The notes beneath the pieces were generated by a model. That model was not told where the DNA came from. It searched no databases and was given only the letters and a program-made list of their open reading frames with translations. The position numbers and the translations under genes are program-made. Below are positions 23,036 through 35,946 of a stretch of 64,000 nt of DNA, piece by piece; the stretch's first letter is position 1; each line of letters starts with the position of its first letter. This stretch comes from Felis catus (Eukaryota), in NCBI RefSeq assembly GCF_018350175.1, contig NC_058375.1, positions 13,268,001 through 13,332,000 of the forward strand. Reading direction: 5' to 3'.

Positions 23036-24101
23036 TAGTACACAAACAAATGACAAGCACCCATGCTGCTCATGTGCTGGGGAAGGCAGAGAAGGCAGCG
23101 AATAGTGTGATCAAGTCTCCCTGATAAGGAGACAGGGAGCAGAGCCCTGGATGGAAATCTGAGACGTGCACCGACCAGGGCTGGCTCAGGGCACCGGAAG
23201 GCTGGCCCTGCTACCTGGGAGGGAGGGGGCGGGGAGGGGGGAGGGGGGCGGCTCGTCACCCGGCCAGGGAGGGCAGGACTGCCTCCAGGGAGCACTGCCC
23301 TGGGGCGTGAAGAGAGCGCGTGTCCAGCTGTTGGGCTGTAACCATTCACACGAGGGAGACGATCCTGTGTGGCCAAGGTTGACCAAAGAGGCTCTTTGCG
23401 CCTGGTAAGCTACGCCCCCAGGAGAGAAGCGAGGTTCACACATTTCAGAGTCCGGATCACACAGCGATGCCCTGTCTGGGCGTGTGGCTGGGTGTCAGCC
23501 CGCCTGTCATACTCTGTGGGGTCAGAGTCTAGGAATTCCACTTGACCTTCTTTAATAGCCTCGTCTGTCGACCTCTGGCCCTCAGCCTCACAGGGACCCG
23601 TGTGTCACTTGGCTACTCCCTGGGTCATCAGTCCTGCCCCCCCGTGAAGGGTTTCTTCTTGAAGACAAAACAAGGAAACAACCCCTTGAAGTTGGGGTTA
23701 CATTCTTCATTAGGCCAGCCACGGCATGATAGGAAAGAAACTTGGAAGACAGACAAGGGACGAAAAAGATCTCACCAGTTTCAACACCCGGAGACAACCC
23801 CCCCCCCCCCCACTCTGGTGCGCGTCCCTCCGGCCTGTCTCTTCGGAGCAGAATTTCCGTTTGGCTTGACTGTCGCCTAGGTGTGATTCTGCTGAATGTG
23901 CAATTCAGCTGCTTTGGTTTTCCACTTAGCGTTTTAGACTACGCATTTCCCGTGTTGCTACAAACCCTCGGTAAACGCCGTTTCAGTAGCCGCACAGTGC
24001 CCCATGGAGTGGCTGTACCACGCTTTATTTAAAAAACAGTCCCCCCTCCTGTCGGGCCCGTAGATTTTTTTTTCCCCCTGTTGGTTTCTTTTTCCATCGT
24101 A

Positions 24102-24107
24102 AATAAA
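24102..24107 (+). terminator. Probable polyadenylation signal (AATAAA) of KLHDC7A, implying a ~3.8 kb 3'UTR
   Basis: AATAAA in unique sequence with U-rich upstream, TGTA at ~24014 and T/GT-rich downstream. Alternative AATAAAs lie at 22784 and in the SINE tail near 23010. Confidence 0.5.
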
Positions 24108-25870
24108 CGGTCCTTTGTTTTCTCGTTCCTCTCTGTCTGGGGCCTCCATCAATATTTACAAGGGGAGCTCAGTCTAGGGCTCGTCTGGGAAACACAGTTG
24201 CTGAAGCGAGTGGCGGCCACAGCATTTGCCTAGGGCTGTAGGGCTCTGACTATAGGGCCCCGGGGCTGCCTTTGGAAACGACCCCCTCCCGGGAAGGCAA
24301 GGCTGTCTGGAGGGACCACCCCAGGTGCCTTCTGGCATTCCTGGAGCCGAGAGGTAAGGTAGGGGCCATATTTATAGAGCTCCGCTCTGAGCATACCAGG
24401 CACTGGACTAGACGCTTTGTGCACATCACTTCGTTGATCCTGACGACAACCCCATTTTACAGGGGAGGAGACTGAGGCTCACAGAGTTGAAGGAAACTCA
24501 CCTTCGTGGCAAAGTTCAAAGACCCTCAGTTTCCTTCAAAGTACACTTGAACCTGGCCGCCTCACTCTCTGCACAATGCTCTTTCCATTCCCCTTATCTT
24601 GGGGCACGAGGGGTGGGGGGCGGACTTGGCTTCAGCCAATCCCCCTGGGCTTCCTCTGACCCCTCCCCCACTCACACCCAACACGCATGCTCTATCCTCA
24701 AACTTTCAACTCAAAGACATTATGCTTAAACTCTGGGATCCTCGATGTCTCTATCCGGAAAATGGGTCTGCCACCGCCAGCCTCGAGACGATGTCGTGCG
24801 AACTAGCAAGACAACGGATGTAAAGCACCGGGCCCAGGGACTGCTCCAGAGTAGGTCTGGGAAGGACCATCGCCTTCTGCAGGGGCCGCTCAGAGGAGGA
24901 GACCCACTCCGCTTTGAGCCTCCTGGGGAGCCCCAGGGGAAGGTTGTCTGACATTTAAGCTGCAGGAGCCCAGTCTGGTTTGACAAGAATTGGCAGGTTG
25001 GGGGAGGGGTGGGACGGGGTCCAGTTATTCATATTGTACACCATCCAGGGTTCTGAGAATCTGAGCCTGTGCTCTCCTCCACAGTAAGTGGCTTGCTGAT
25101 TTGGGTGTCCCCGGGCTCAAAGCATTAAGCGTTTTCCCAGTGCATTGCACGGCGCAGAGGAGTTTCAGGAGCCAAGCCACTCAGAGCTCTCTGGAAACCT
25201 CGAGAAGGTGCAAGGGGGAGGGGGCTCCTTTCTTTTACAGATGGGGGTGAGAGACCCTTGGAACCACCGGACCGCTCTGCGCTGTGTCTGGCCTGCAGAT
25301 ATTTAGGGGGGTGACAGGTGCCCCTCACTTCCCGCCTTTGCCATCCTTACCTGGAAGAGCCTTATGGCCCCAGGGCTGCCCTGAAGTCTCTGAAGCTGTG
25401 GCTGCAGCCAGGAGGGGGCTCTGAGGCGAATGTGAGGCTCGGGTGGAGGCAGGGGATGGAACACGAGGGCGGAGGTGCCTGCAGGGGGAGATTAGGAGCG
25501 AGGCTCTCGGAGCAGCCACAAGAAAGGACAGCTGGAGGGCAATCTCTACAAACAGCTCTCTGGAAAGTGGGATGTGGGTCCAAATAAAACAGCCATCAAG
25601 TCCGGGGTTGCCTTTTGGTGCATGGGGAGGAAGTGAAGGCACGGATCTCATACGGATGACAATAACGGTGTCCCCACACCAGGCTCTGTGAAACAATGCA
25701 CCGTCCTTCCCGCCCTCGTGGAATCCGCATGGGGACACCACTGCCTGAAAGTGATCATCTTCATGACATAGGGGAGGAGACAAAGACCAGGCATTTCACA
25801 AAAAACTAAAAGTCACCAAAAGAAAGCAAGAAAGCGAGAAAGCAAGCAAAAAAGAAAACTAAAAGAGATC

Positions 25871-25965
25871 GGGGGCACCTGGCTGGCTCAGTCAGTAGAG
25901 CATGCAGTCTTGATCGCGGGGTTGTGAGTTCAAGCCCTCACGTTGGGTGTAGAACTTACTTAAAA
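25871..25965 (+). mobile_element. Short tRNA-Lys-derived SINE
   Basis: ggctggctcagtcagtagagcatg..cttgatc..ggggttgtgagttcaagccc..cacgttgggtg resembles tRNA-Lys(CTT) but is degenerate and has an A tail. Confidence 0.8.
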
Positions 25966-28684
25966 CAGAAGAGAGAAATCTAATCTCTGTCAATACGTTC
26001 AGTGAACCCACAATGCACTGAACTTGCGCGATCTCGTTTTATACTCAAAACAACCTGGTAGACGGTAAAAGTGGTCAAATTCTCCCCATCTATCAATTCC
26101 TCCACCCCTTGAATCTGGCCATGGGACTGTCTCCAGATAGCTCGGGCATGAGGTTTGCCCTCTTGTGGCTCCTAGAAACCCTGAGGCCGTCGCCACGCGA
26201 GCAAGCCCAGGTTAATCAGCTGGATGATGTGGCCCAGTTACCAGCTCCCTCAGTCAGCGGCGCAGCAAACGCCCAAGAGACTGGCCCCCAGCTGACCCCA
26301 GATGCCTGCCTGAACCCAGCCCCAAATGCCAATCCACTGACTCAGGAGGGAAATAGAAGGTTGTGGTTTTAAGTCGCTACATTCCGGGGTTTGCAACTCA
26401 GCAAGAGGTGAGTGACCCATCAGCCCTGTGCTGTAGGCACGATTACCACCATTTTAGGCTCAAGGAAGCTAGGATTCGAGAAAATCAAATAACTTCCCCA
26501 GGATCGTGCAGCTACGTGGTGGAGAGGCTGGCCCGCCACCCCAGGTCTGCCTGACTCCAGATCCTGCACCCCTAATTCAGTTAGCCAAACCCGGGGCACC
26601 GGGATTCCTCCCGGGGGCCTGGCCACGGGGCTTGGTCACCACCAGGACCCAGGACCCAAGGTCTGTAGGGGACATCTCCGAACAATCAGATCAGCTCCTG
26701 AGGGCCAGGACCTGCTCTAAGCACCTGACTGCCAGTAATTCTTTAATTCTAAAGACAACCCTGGGTGTTAGATACTTCACCGTTGCACAGAATGAGGAAA
26801 CTGAGGCACAGAGAGTTTAAGTAACCTGCCCACGGTTGCATAGCCAGGATGTGATAGAGCTCACGAACCCCAGGGAAACTCCAGTGCTGTCGGGAGATGA
26901 AACCCCCCAACCCCCACCCCCGACCAGAACTCTAGCATCAGCGGCCTTGCTCACTGGTCTTGTTCGTACAGATAGCGGGAGCTTAGTGACGCTTTCCCAA
27001 AGGAAGAATAAGGCAAGGACCCGTCCATGAGGCTACCTGCTTCCAGGCTGCTTGGACCCCCTCTCCATCTCCAGGGACCTAACCCCCTGCTGATGACTTT
27101 GTGGAGCATCCCTAGAGCACCCCGGCACAAGTTGGGTCCCTGGGGGCGAGGGTGACAAATCTAAAATCCTGAAGCCACCTGCCGAGAGCCATGACCCTTC
27201 TCGTTGCCTCACCCCACGCTTGCACTCACTGAGTTTATACAGAGATTTCAACTCTTTCGTCATCCCATTTCACAGATGACATAAGGGAGGCCCAGAGAGA
27301 TCTCGCAGCTGTGATGTCGATGCTCATCCTTCAAGGTCTTGGAAGTATGGTGTCGGCTTCCCGCCGCCGACAACCCCCACTCGTCCATCAGGGCACCGCG
27401 CGCTGCGCGCGTAACCCCCACATCGCCCTCCTCTGCCTGCAGGTCTCCTGGGCCCTGGGAGCTCTCGGTGGGCAGCAAGGAGGTCTTGCCCACCTCTGTC
27501 ATCAGTGCCAGCGCAGAGCAGCCACACAGCATGGCTCAGAGGAAGCTACAGCTCAGCTATGTGCTTATTCAAAACACCTTGTCAAGTACTGTGATGGGGT
27601 ACTTGGGACTGCCCGGCTGGGTTGCCCTCGTGTCTCCCAGGAGGACTGTTTTATACCTTCTGTCCTTTCCCGAAACACCCCCCGCCCCCCCGCACATGCT
27701 GGACACAGTATCGGGGTACAGAGAGCCCCTCGGTCCTTACAGGGCAGGGCACACCTGCTCCGTGGCAATTATCGGCACCTATGTGCTGCCCAGGAGTCCT
27801 CCGGTGCCCCCGCTCCAGGTTGGCTGACACTTCCTGGGGAGGTATCGCCCCCTGGAGGAGCCCAGCTGCCAGGAGCTGGTGTATCAATACCCCAGCTCCC
27901 TCCACCCTGGGTGGATAGAGGCCTCATGCTCCACACTGGCTCCCTTGATGATGTGGCTTTAACAGAGTCACTCCAGTTCTCCCTGCCTACCCTCCTGCCT
28001 GCCCCTCCTTCCTCCGAGAGACCGTTAGAGGACACACACCCTCTCCCCCTCGAACGCATCCTTTCTTAGGACTTCTTTAGGGCCAGGGATAGCCCTGCTC
28101 TGACACCAACAACCTCCCCCCATCTCCTGCGTTGTTCCAGGCGGCATTCAAATGATTTGCCCGAGAGTGCGATAAATAGAAACCACGAATACACTTTCGA
28201 AGGTTAAAAACACCACGCACATAGGATGCATCTTTATTTGTAATGAGTGCCAAAGAGATGTGGTGTCTCTGTGTTCCTGAAAACAGCGTATCCTCTAAAG
28301 ATTTGTGATTGTTTTTCCTGCAATCGTGTTTATGCTATCACAGTCAACAATCTTTGCTTTGTAGAAAATATGAGGGTTAGCTTTAACTTGGCCTCAATTT
28401 GAATCATAATAAATTCTGACTGAACTCTTAAAAAAAAAAAAAAAAGCTTCCTGTTACAGAATGTTTCTCATCTGATCTGAAGGAGCCAAAATCGGGGATT
28501 GTACCTGAAAACATTTAAACCTGTGCCTGCTATATTTTAGCAGGTGGATTTGACCTCCCAAGCCTGGTCTCTCTCCCCTGGACCACACAGTGGGGCCGGA
28601 CTGGGGGGATGATGGCAAACCAGGGCAGCATCAGCCCCCAAAAACCCCAGGAAGGTAATGTCTTTAGTACAGCTTGTCCTTGGC

Positions 28685-29456
28685 TTTTTTTTTAAGTTTT
28701 GTTTTTATTTAATTTTGAGAAAGATATGAAGAGCGAGTGGAGGAGGAGCAGAGAGAGAAGGAGAGAGAATCCCAAGCTGACTCTGTGCTATCAGCACAGA
28801 GCCCGACGCAGGGCTTGAACTCATGCACTGAACCGTGAGATCATGAGCAGAGATGAAATCAAGAGTTGGATGCTTAACCAACTGAGCCACCCAGGCGCCC
28901 TGTCCTTGCCTTTTTAAACTCATTTTGTAAATGTTTATTTTATTTTTGAAAGAGAGAGAGAGACAGATGGGGAGGGAGGGGTGGGGGAGACAGAGGATCC
29001 GAAGTGGGCTTTGCACTGGCAGCAGAGAGCCCGACACGGGGCTCAAACTCATGAACCTTGCGATCACGACCTGAGCTGAAGTCGGGCGCTCAACTGACTG
29101 AACCACCCCAGCCGCCCCTTAAAATGTTTATTTTATTTTTTAAACACATTTTTGTGTGTTAAAAATGCACACAACACAAAATTGGCTATCGTAGTCACTT
29201 TAAATGCTTTTTTTTGTTTTCTATTCTATTCTATTCTATTCTATTCTATTCTATTTTTTGAGAGAGAGAGAAAGACACAGAGTGTGAGAGGGGTAGGGGC
29301 AGGGTGGGGGGGGAGACACAGAATCTGAAGGAGGTTCTAGGCTCTGAGCTGTCAGCACAGAGCCTGATGTGGGACTTGAACTCATGAACGGGGAGATCAT
29401 GACCCGAGCCTAAGTAGGATGCTTAACCGACGGAGCGGAGCTCCCCAGGCACCCCT
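28685..29456 (-). mobile_element. Cluster of three antisense Can-SINEs (28685-28900, 28922-29118, 29207-29456) with (TTCTA)n and an old L1 3'-end fragment
   Basis: Three reverse-complement SINE bodies; L1 end motif aagtgcacagctcagtggcattaagtacattcac. Confidence 0.9.
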
Positions 29457-29837
29457 ATCACAGCCATTTTAAAGTGCACAGCTCAGTGGCATTAAGTACA
29501 TTCACCATGCTGTGTGCTCATGGTTCATCTGATTGCAAAAAACATACAAACATTTATTGTAGAACATACAACTTGGAAAAATACAGAGAAGCCCCAGAGA
29601 AGACAGTAGAAATCACTCCCACTCAGAAATAATCAATTGTTATTTTGACTTTTTTAGTTCCAGCCTCTTGTTTATTATCCATAATTTTAAAATTAAAGAA
29701 AAAAAAAAGGGATCTTAGTACGTGCTGTGTAACCGATTTTTTTCTCCTATCGGAATTTGTGACTACTTTTGAGTAAAATATATCACTGGGTTTCTTTGTG
29801 TTGCGGGAAGGGTACGCAACATAAAATGTGTCATTTT

Positions 29838-30075
29838 GGGGTTACCTGGGTGCCTCAGTCGGTTGAGCGTCCGACTTCAGCTCAGGTCATGATCTCACAG
29901 CTTGTGAGTTCGAGCCCCACGTCGGGCTCTATGCGTCGGGCTCTATGCTGACAGCTCGGAGCCTGGAGCCCGCTTCGGATCCTGTGTCTCCCTCTCTCTC
30001 TGCCCCAACCCACTCGCATTCTGTCTCTGTCTCTCTCAAGAATGGATAAACATTAAACAAAAATTTTTTTAAAAA
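29838..30075 (+). mobile_element. Can-SINE with an internal 14-bp tandem duplication
   Basis: cgtcgggctctatg twice at 29920-29947; TSD tgtcatttt. Confidence 0.93.
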
Positions 30076-30689
30076 CCTTGTCATTTTAACCGTTTTTAAG
30101 CGTTCCGATCCCTGCTCCACCAGCACAGACCATTGGGAATGTGCCTTATGCACAAAAACACACTGGTTTTCATTCATTCCAGAGAATCCAGCAACCAACA
30201 CAGAGCCCAGCTCAGCGGGATGCTTCGGGGCTAAAGAATGAGTAGCGTCTTTCTCAAAACCCAGCATTCTCTTCCTCATTACCTCGGGGGAAAGACTAGG
30301 GGGAGAACGTTCTCTCTGTTGTCTGCAAACTTCTTCCATCCTTACGCTAAAGTAATTCCTTTCGGTGCTTTCACAAAAATATAGTTTGGAAAAGGCCAAG
30401 GTATAAAACACGTTAATGATTGTGCTACATTATGGGGTCTAATTAGGCAATTATGGGCACTTACAGTGATGTGGGCTCAAGTCGTTGTAGATTCATAGGG
30501 ATGATCGCTACAGGATGTGTACATCCAGGACAGGGGCCGTGTTTAAGGGGCCTGGGGCTGCAGGGACACAGGGGATGAGGAGAAGGAGGATGCAAGGTTG
30601 GGAGACCCGGGCTGGTGGAATGAAAAAGAAAGTCTCCTTTCCAGGAGGCAGGGAGATCAGGCTAGCAAGTCAGCGCAGTTTGACAGACG

Positions 30690-31100
30690 TGAGTTCTGTC
30701 CTTCACTCATCAGGTGTTTATTAAACTCGACTCCCTGCGAGGCGCGAGGGTTACGGCTGTGACCGGTTGGGCACATTGTCCTGGGGAAGCCAGGAGTACA
30801 CGGGTGAACAGCTACGTGAGCTAATGGCAGATTGGCATCAGCTCAGTGCCGGAAATAAATGTAGTGATGGAGAGAGATGGGGGGTGGGGCATAGTCCTCA
30901 AGGTGGTTTCTTGGAGGACGTGACATTTAAGCTATGATAGGAAAGATGAGAAGGACTTGACTGGAGGAAGGACAGGGAAAGAGAGGGAGGGAGGGACGGA
31001 GACAGAGCACGCTCACAAGAGGAAGAACATTCTGGGAAGAGGGGGCCCAGGAGCAAAGGCCCTGTGTCCTTGCCCAAGAGAGAGCCAGAAAGGTGGTTGG
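30690..31100 (-). mobile_element. L2 fragment
   Basis: cactcatca..tgtttattaa 3'-end motif and ggtttcttggaggacgtgacatttaagct motif. Confidence 0.55.
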
Positions 31101-31879
31101 AGTGGGGACCAGCCAGGTCATAGAGGGAAACGTCAATTTCCACTGGGATGGCTTGGATTTGAATCTCAGCCCAATGAGAAGCCCTCGGAAGATTTTGTTT
31201 TGTTTTGTTTGCTAACAAACCTTTTCTTTCAGAAGAGTTTTAGATGCACAGAAGAGTGGCCAAGATGATAGAGTCCCCATAGACCACACCCCCAGCGTCC
31301 CCGTTGGTAACATCTAATGTTAGTATGGTACATTGGTCACGACTACGGAACAAACACAGACACATTGTCCTTAACTAAAGTCCATACTTTACTCAGGTTT
31401 CCTCAACTTTTACCTGATGTCCTTTTTCCGTTCCAGGATTTCACCCAAGATACCACATTACTTTCAGAGGTCATATCTCCCGAGGCTCCTCTTGGTGGTG
31501 ACAGTCTCCTAGACTTTTCTTGTTTTTGATGACCTTGACAGTTTTGAAGGGGACTGGTCAGGTGCTTTGCAGACCATCCTTCAGCTCGATTGGGGCTAAT
31601 GGGTTTCTCGTGGGTTATGAGTCACTTAACCGGGATTCTGGGATAAAGACCACAGAGGTACAGTGCCCCTCTCATGACATCATACCAAGGGGACACAACT
31701 TACACTGTTGGCTTTGACCTCGATCATCCGGCTGACGTAGCGTTTGTCAGGCTCTCTGCTGGAACGTTACCCTCTCTTCCCTCTTCCCGTGGTCTACCCT
31801 TCAGAAGGGGTCTCCACGAAGTAGCTCCATAAATTATTTGGAATTCTTCTGTATGGATTTGTCTCTTCTTCCCTCATTT

Positions 31880-32101
31880 TTTTTTTTAATTTTTTTTTCA
31901 ACGTTTATTTATTTTTGGGACAGAGAGAGACAGAGCATGAACGGGGAAGGGGCAGAGAGAGAGGGAGACACAGAATCGGAAACAGGCTCCAGGCTCTGAG
32001 CCATCAGCCCAGAGCCCGACGCGGGGCTCGAACTCACGGACCGCGAGATCGTGACCTGGCTGAAGTCGGACGCTTAACCGACTGCGCCACCCAGGCGCCC
32101 C
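31880..32101 (-). mobile_element. Young felid SINE (SINEC_Fc type)
   Basis: Perfect TSD tcttcttccctcattt; diagnostic gagccatcagcccagagcc and gacctggctgaag. Confidence 0.96.
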
Positions 32102-32280
32102 TCTTCTTCCCTCATTTATCTGAAGAATTATCCGGAAAAATTATCTGTTTATGTCAGTAGAGACTCAGAGACATTTACTTTGTACTTTGCGTTAATGGCC
32201 CAATACTCCGATGTTTCTTTTGTTGCCTAAGTTACACCAGCTTCAGCCACTAGGACCTCTCTCAAATGATTCCCGTGTCC

Positions 32281-32896
32281 CTTTTATTTATTTATTTACT
32301 TAATTATTTTTTTTAATTTTTTTTAACTTTATTCATTTTTGAGAGACAGACACAGTGCATGAGCGGGGAAGGGGCAGAGAGAGAGGGAGACACAGAATCT
32401 GAAGCAGGCTTCAGGCTCTGAGCTGTCAGCAGGGCTCGAACTCATGAACTGCAAGATCATGACCTGAGCCGAAGTCGGACGCTCAACCGAATGAACCGCC
32501 CAGGGGCCCCATTTTTAGTTAGTTAATTTTTATTTTTTTTATTTTTTATTTTATTTTTTTCAACGTTTATTTATTTTTGGGACAGAGAGAGACAGAGCAT
32601 GAACGGGGGAGGGGCAGAGAGAGAGGGAGACACAGAATCGGAAACAGGCTCCGAGCCATCAGCCCAGAGCCTGACGCGGGGCTCGAACTCACAGACCGCG
32701 AGATCGTGACCTGGCTGAAGTCGGACGCTTAACCGACTGTGCCACCCAGGCGCCCCTAGTTAGTTAATTTTTAAAAGAGGAGAGTGGAAGGGCAGAAAGA
32801 AAGAGAAAGAATCTCAAGCACGCTGAGCATAGAGCCCAACGCGGAACTCGATCCCACACCCCCCTGGGATCATGACCTGAGCCACCCAGATGCCCC
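32281..32896 (-). mobile_element. Nested SINE stack: old SINE with two younger SINEs (32300-32510, 32532-32756) in its tail
   Basis: Outer TSD tccSgtgtcc; inner perfect 16-bp TSD tagttagttaattttt at 32516-32531 and 32757-32772. Confidence 0.88.
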
Positions 32897-33230
32897 TCCG
32901 GTGTCCTATTTAGACACACCCCCATCATTTTGTCGCTCGGGCGCTTCTTTATTTTCTGGCAATGCAAGGTGCTCTGGGCTCGTCCCATACTTTCCCTACC
33001 CAGCCCTGGAACCCATCATTTCTCTAAGGAGCCCTAGCTCCCTTTGTTAGAGAACAGTATTCGAAACCAAGATCTGGGCATTGGGTCTTCAGAGGTTTTG
33101 AAGGACAAGAGGGGGCGTTATCTGTTTTCAGTTTTAGATGCGTCCGCCTGGCTGCTGTGGGGAGAACGTACGGATGGGAAGTCGGAGAGGCAGCAGCGAT
33201 CCCAGCTGGAGGTTACCGTGGTTTTTTAGG

Positions 33231-33743
33231 TGAGAGGTGTGCGTGCCCGCTTGGACCTTCAGAGTTACTATGAAGATTATTTTCCATTGAAGACATCTGA
33301 GATTAACAGACGCAGAAAGAAACCTTCTTGGTGCTTTCTTTATCTCACTAAAAGCAGAAACTTCGGGGAGTGAAACTATCATCAATTCCATCCTCTGGGG
33401 GAGTTTTCTGGCCATGAAAAAGATGGAAAAGACCACTCACACCTGCAGAAACAAACATTATCACAAATTTCCTTATCTCCTGTTTGTTCCCTTAGAAACC
33501 CATTTGTTGTTGTTGGTTGGGTTTTTTTTTGGGTTTTTTTTTTTTTTTTCCCATAGAAGTCTCTTCTCTCCCTTCTCTTTCCAAAACTTCAGCCACTTAG
33601 CGGGCTATTTTTTTCTGGAAGCTCCCATACTCCTTACGAATACATTTTAGGGGTTTTTCTCTTGTTCATCCCCTTTTTGTCAGTTTAATTTGGAGGCTCC
33701 CAGAGGCGGAGACTACGAGGTTTGAGGTTTTTCTACCCGGACA
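33231..33743 (+). mobile_element. ERV1 solo LTR, MER34-related
   Basis: TG...CA ends; gattatttt..tgaag.ca..tgag, ttatct..ctaaaagcaga and tttgtcagtttaatt motifs are shared with the reverse complement of 35411-35946. Confidence 0.6.
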
Positions 33744-35154
33744 GAGGCAACGGCCTGAGCCGACACAAGGTCAGCTGGAGAGGAGTCTTTGTGGTGGCCA
33801 TCAAGCCTCCCGAGTATTCTTCTGCCCAGCCCTCCTCAGCGCCCTGCTCAGCCTACCTCTACCCCTTGACCCCTCCGCTGCAGTCCCCCTCTCTCCACTT
33901 ACCCCGAATTGATTTCTGCGGCTTACAACTGGGAATCCTAATCGATACAGTTGAGCAACCTCGCCTTTGACTTCTACGGTGCAGTCCTGGAAGACAGGGC
34001 GTCGCGCTGATTCATTTCCCCTCCCCCTCCCCAGCACACGCTCAGGAAATGCTTGTTGAGCTGGATTTGCGCTATTCAGGGAACAGAACAGTTGGCTGTG
34101 TGACGGAGCACCATCAAGCTGGCTACAGGGGGCACCTTGGTAACCCACTTAAGAAAATAAACTGTTAGCAAGTTCTTTCCCCACGTTCATTTGCATGGAA
34201 ACAATTAGTGCGCTAATTAAAAGGGAGTCTTATCTGTTTGTTAAAGTAAGCCCAGCAGGACCTCCAGTTGGCAAGATTTTGTTGGCGGAAAGTTCCACGT
34301 TCTCCGGTCGTGGAAAGGAAACCACGGTTATTTCTCATCAAATACTTAATAGTCACGTGGCCGTCGAATTTGGCTGACCCTCCCTTCAATGGGCTCGCCT
34401 TAGTGAGGTCGGCAGGCACGTGTCGATGGACACCCATACATCGATACCAATGAGTGAAAATTTGTGATCCTGCTTCCAGCCCAGACTGGCTGGAGTTGCC
34501 TTGCACCATAAAGGCAGAGTGTGTTGCCCAAATTAATAGTATAAACAAGATTTCAGAAGGGAATGTTTAACCTACTTGAGAGAACGCACTATTTTCAAGC
34601 AATTAGGACCGTTTGCACACAATGAATGAGCTAATTGTAGATAAGCCTTATTTCTGCTTTGAAGAAGGATCCGGCAGGACCCGTACTTGGCAACACTTCG
34701 CCAACGGTTAGTTAGCATCGCCACATGTTCTTGAAAGGAATAATGGCGCAATTCACTGAAAGCAATCCCCTATATTCAGATTTCTAAGTAATTCTCGATA
34801 ATTCTCACTAGGCCTTAATGCCGGCATCTAGAAAATGGGGGTAATACCCATCTCATAGGGCTGTTGAGAGGAGTTAATGAGTGCGTTTATGCCCATAAAT
34901 GGCAGCTAAATTCACTCTGGCCTCCCCCCAAATTTGGTCAAATGAGGAGACAGATTCTGGGCTCGACTGCTGATGGGGGCCACCAGGCATCCTACTGACA
35001 TTGATCCAGCAGCCGCGTTTTCCATGGCGTGAGAACAGCACCAGCCTTCATGTGGGCTCTGCTCCCACCCAGGAAGCCACCCTTCTCTCCTTCAAGCAAA
35101 CGAGCTGGGTGACTTAGCTGTGTGGTTTGAAACTCTTCTTAAAAACAAATTTCT

Positions 35155-35380
35155 GGGGCCCCTGGGTGGCTCAGTCGGTTCAGCGTCCGACTTCGGCTCA
35201 GCTCATGATCTCACGGTTTGTGGGTTCGAGCCCCGCGTCGGGCTCTGTGCTGACAGCTCAGAGCCTGGAGCCTGCTTCGGATTCTGTGTCTCCCCCTCTC
35301 TCTGCCCCTCCCCCACTCGCACTCTGTCTCTCTCTCAAAAATAAACATTTTTTTAAAGGTATTAAAAAATAAAATAAGAT
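35155..35380 (+). mobile_element. Can-SINE
   Basis: TSD aaaaYaaatttct. Confidence 0.95.
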
Positions 35381-35410
35381 AAAAATAAATTTCTTTGCTA
35401 GCTTCTATTC

Positions 35411-35946
35411 TGTGGGGAAGAAAAACTTTTCCCCTCCCTTCTTAGGGGTGTGGGGGGGGCCCTGTGAATTAAACTAACAAAAGACATATTAGCAGGAGAA
35501 AAGGAACATAATTGTTACTGATAACATGGCCAGGAGTTCACAGAACAGAACAGAAAATCAAAGAAGCCGACTTACACACTCTTTTAACAAAGGAAAAAGG
35601 GGCTTGGGCTTTAAGGGACAATAAACTGTGGGTAAGTAACTAGGAAATATACAGGAGGAGCTAACACAAGATAAAGGCTAACTAAAGTCTGTTTTTGCAA
35701 ATGAATCTCAGTGTCCATTCTGGGTCTTCGACGATAAGAGTTGCTGTTCTCTCCCTGGTACTTGTGGTGGGGGGCAGAGGGCGGGGGACACCTTCCTCAT
35801 AGAGAAATTTCGGCTCTGCTTTTAGGCAGATAAGGGAAGGGCAGAAAACTCTTCCTGCCTCCGTTGATTCTCAATTGCCTTCAGCTCAAAATAATCCTTA
35901 TGCAAAGTGGCACATTTGGAGGTGACACGTGTCCGGATCCTCTCCA
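35411..35946 (-). mobile_element. ERV1 solo LTR, MER34-like
   Basis: Reverse complement reads tgccactttgcataaggattattttgagctgaaggcaattgagaa, the recalled MER34 5' signature. Confidence 0.75.

Larger units (their letters stand above)
31200..33090 (-). mobile_element. Old L1 (L1MC-like) 3' region, interrupted by SINEs
   Basis: agttttagatgcacagaa..., aactaaagtccatacttta, gaaaccaagatctgggc motifs. Confidence 0.7.

Noticed and set aside
25871-25965. Possible tRNA-Lys genes (also 52955-53050 and 55187-55275)
   Set aside because: Broken stems and anticodon arm, ggggcacc SINE-type head, A tail or TSD: retroposed SINEs, not functional tRNAs.
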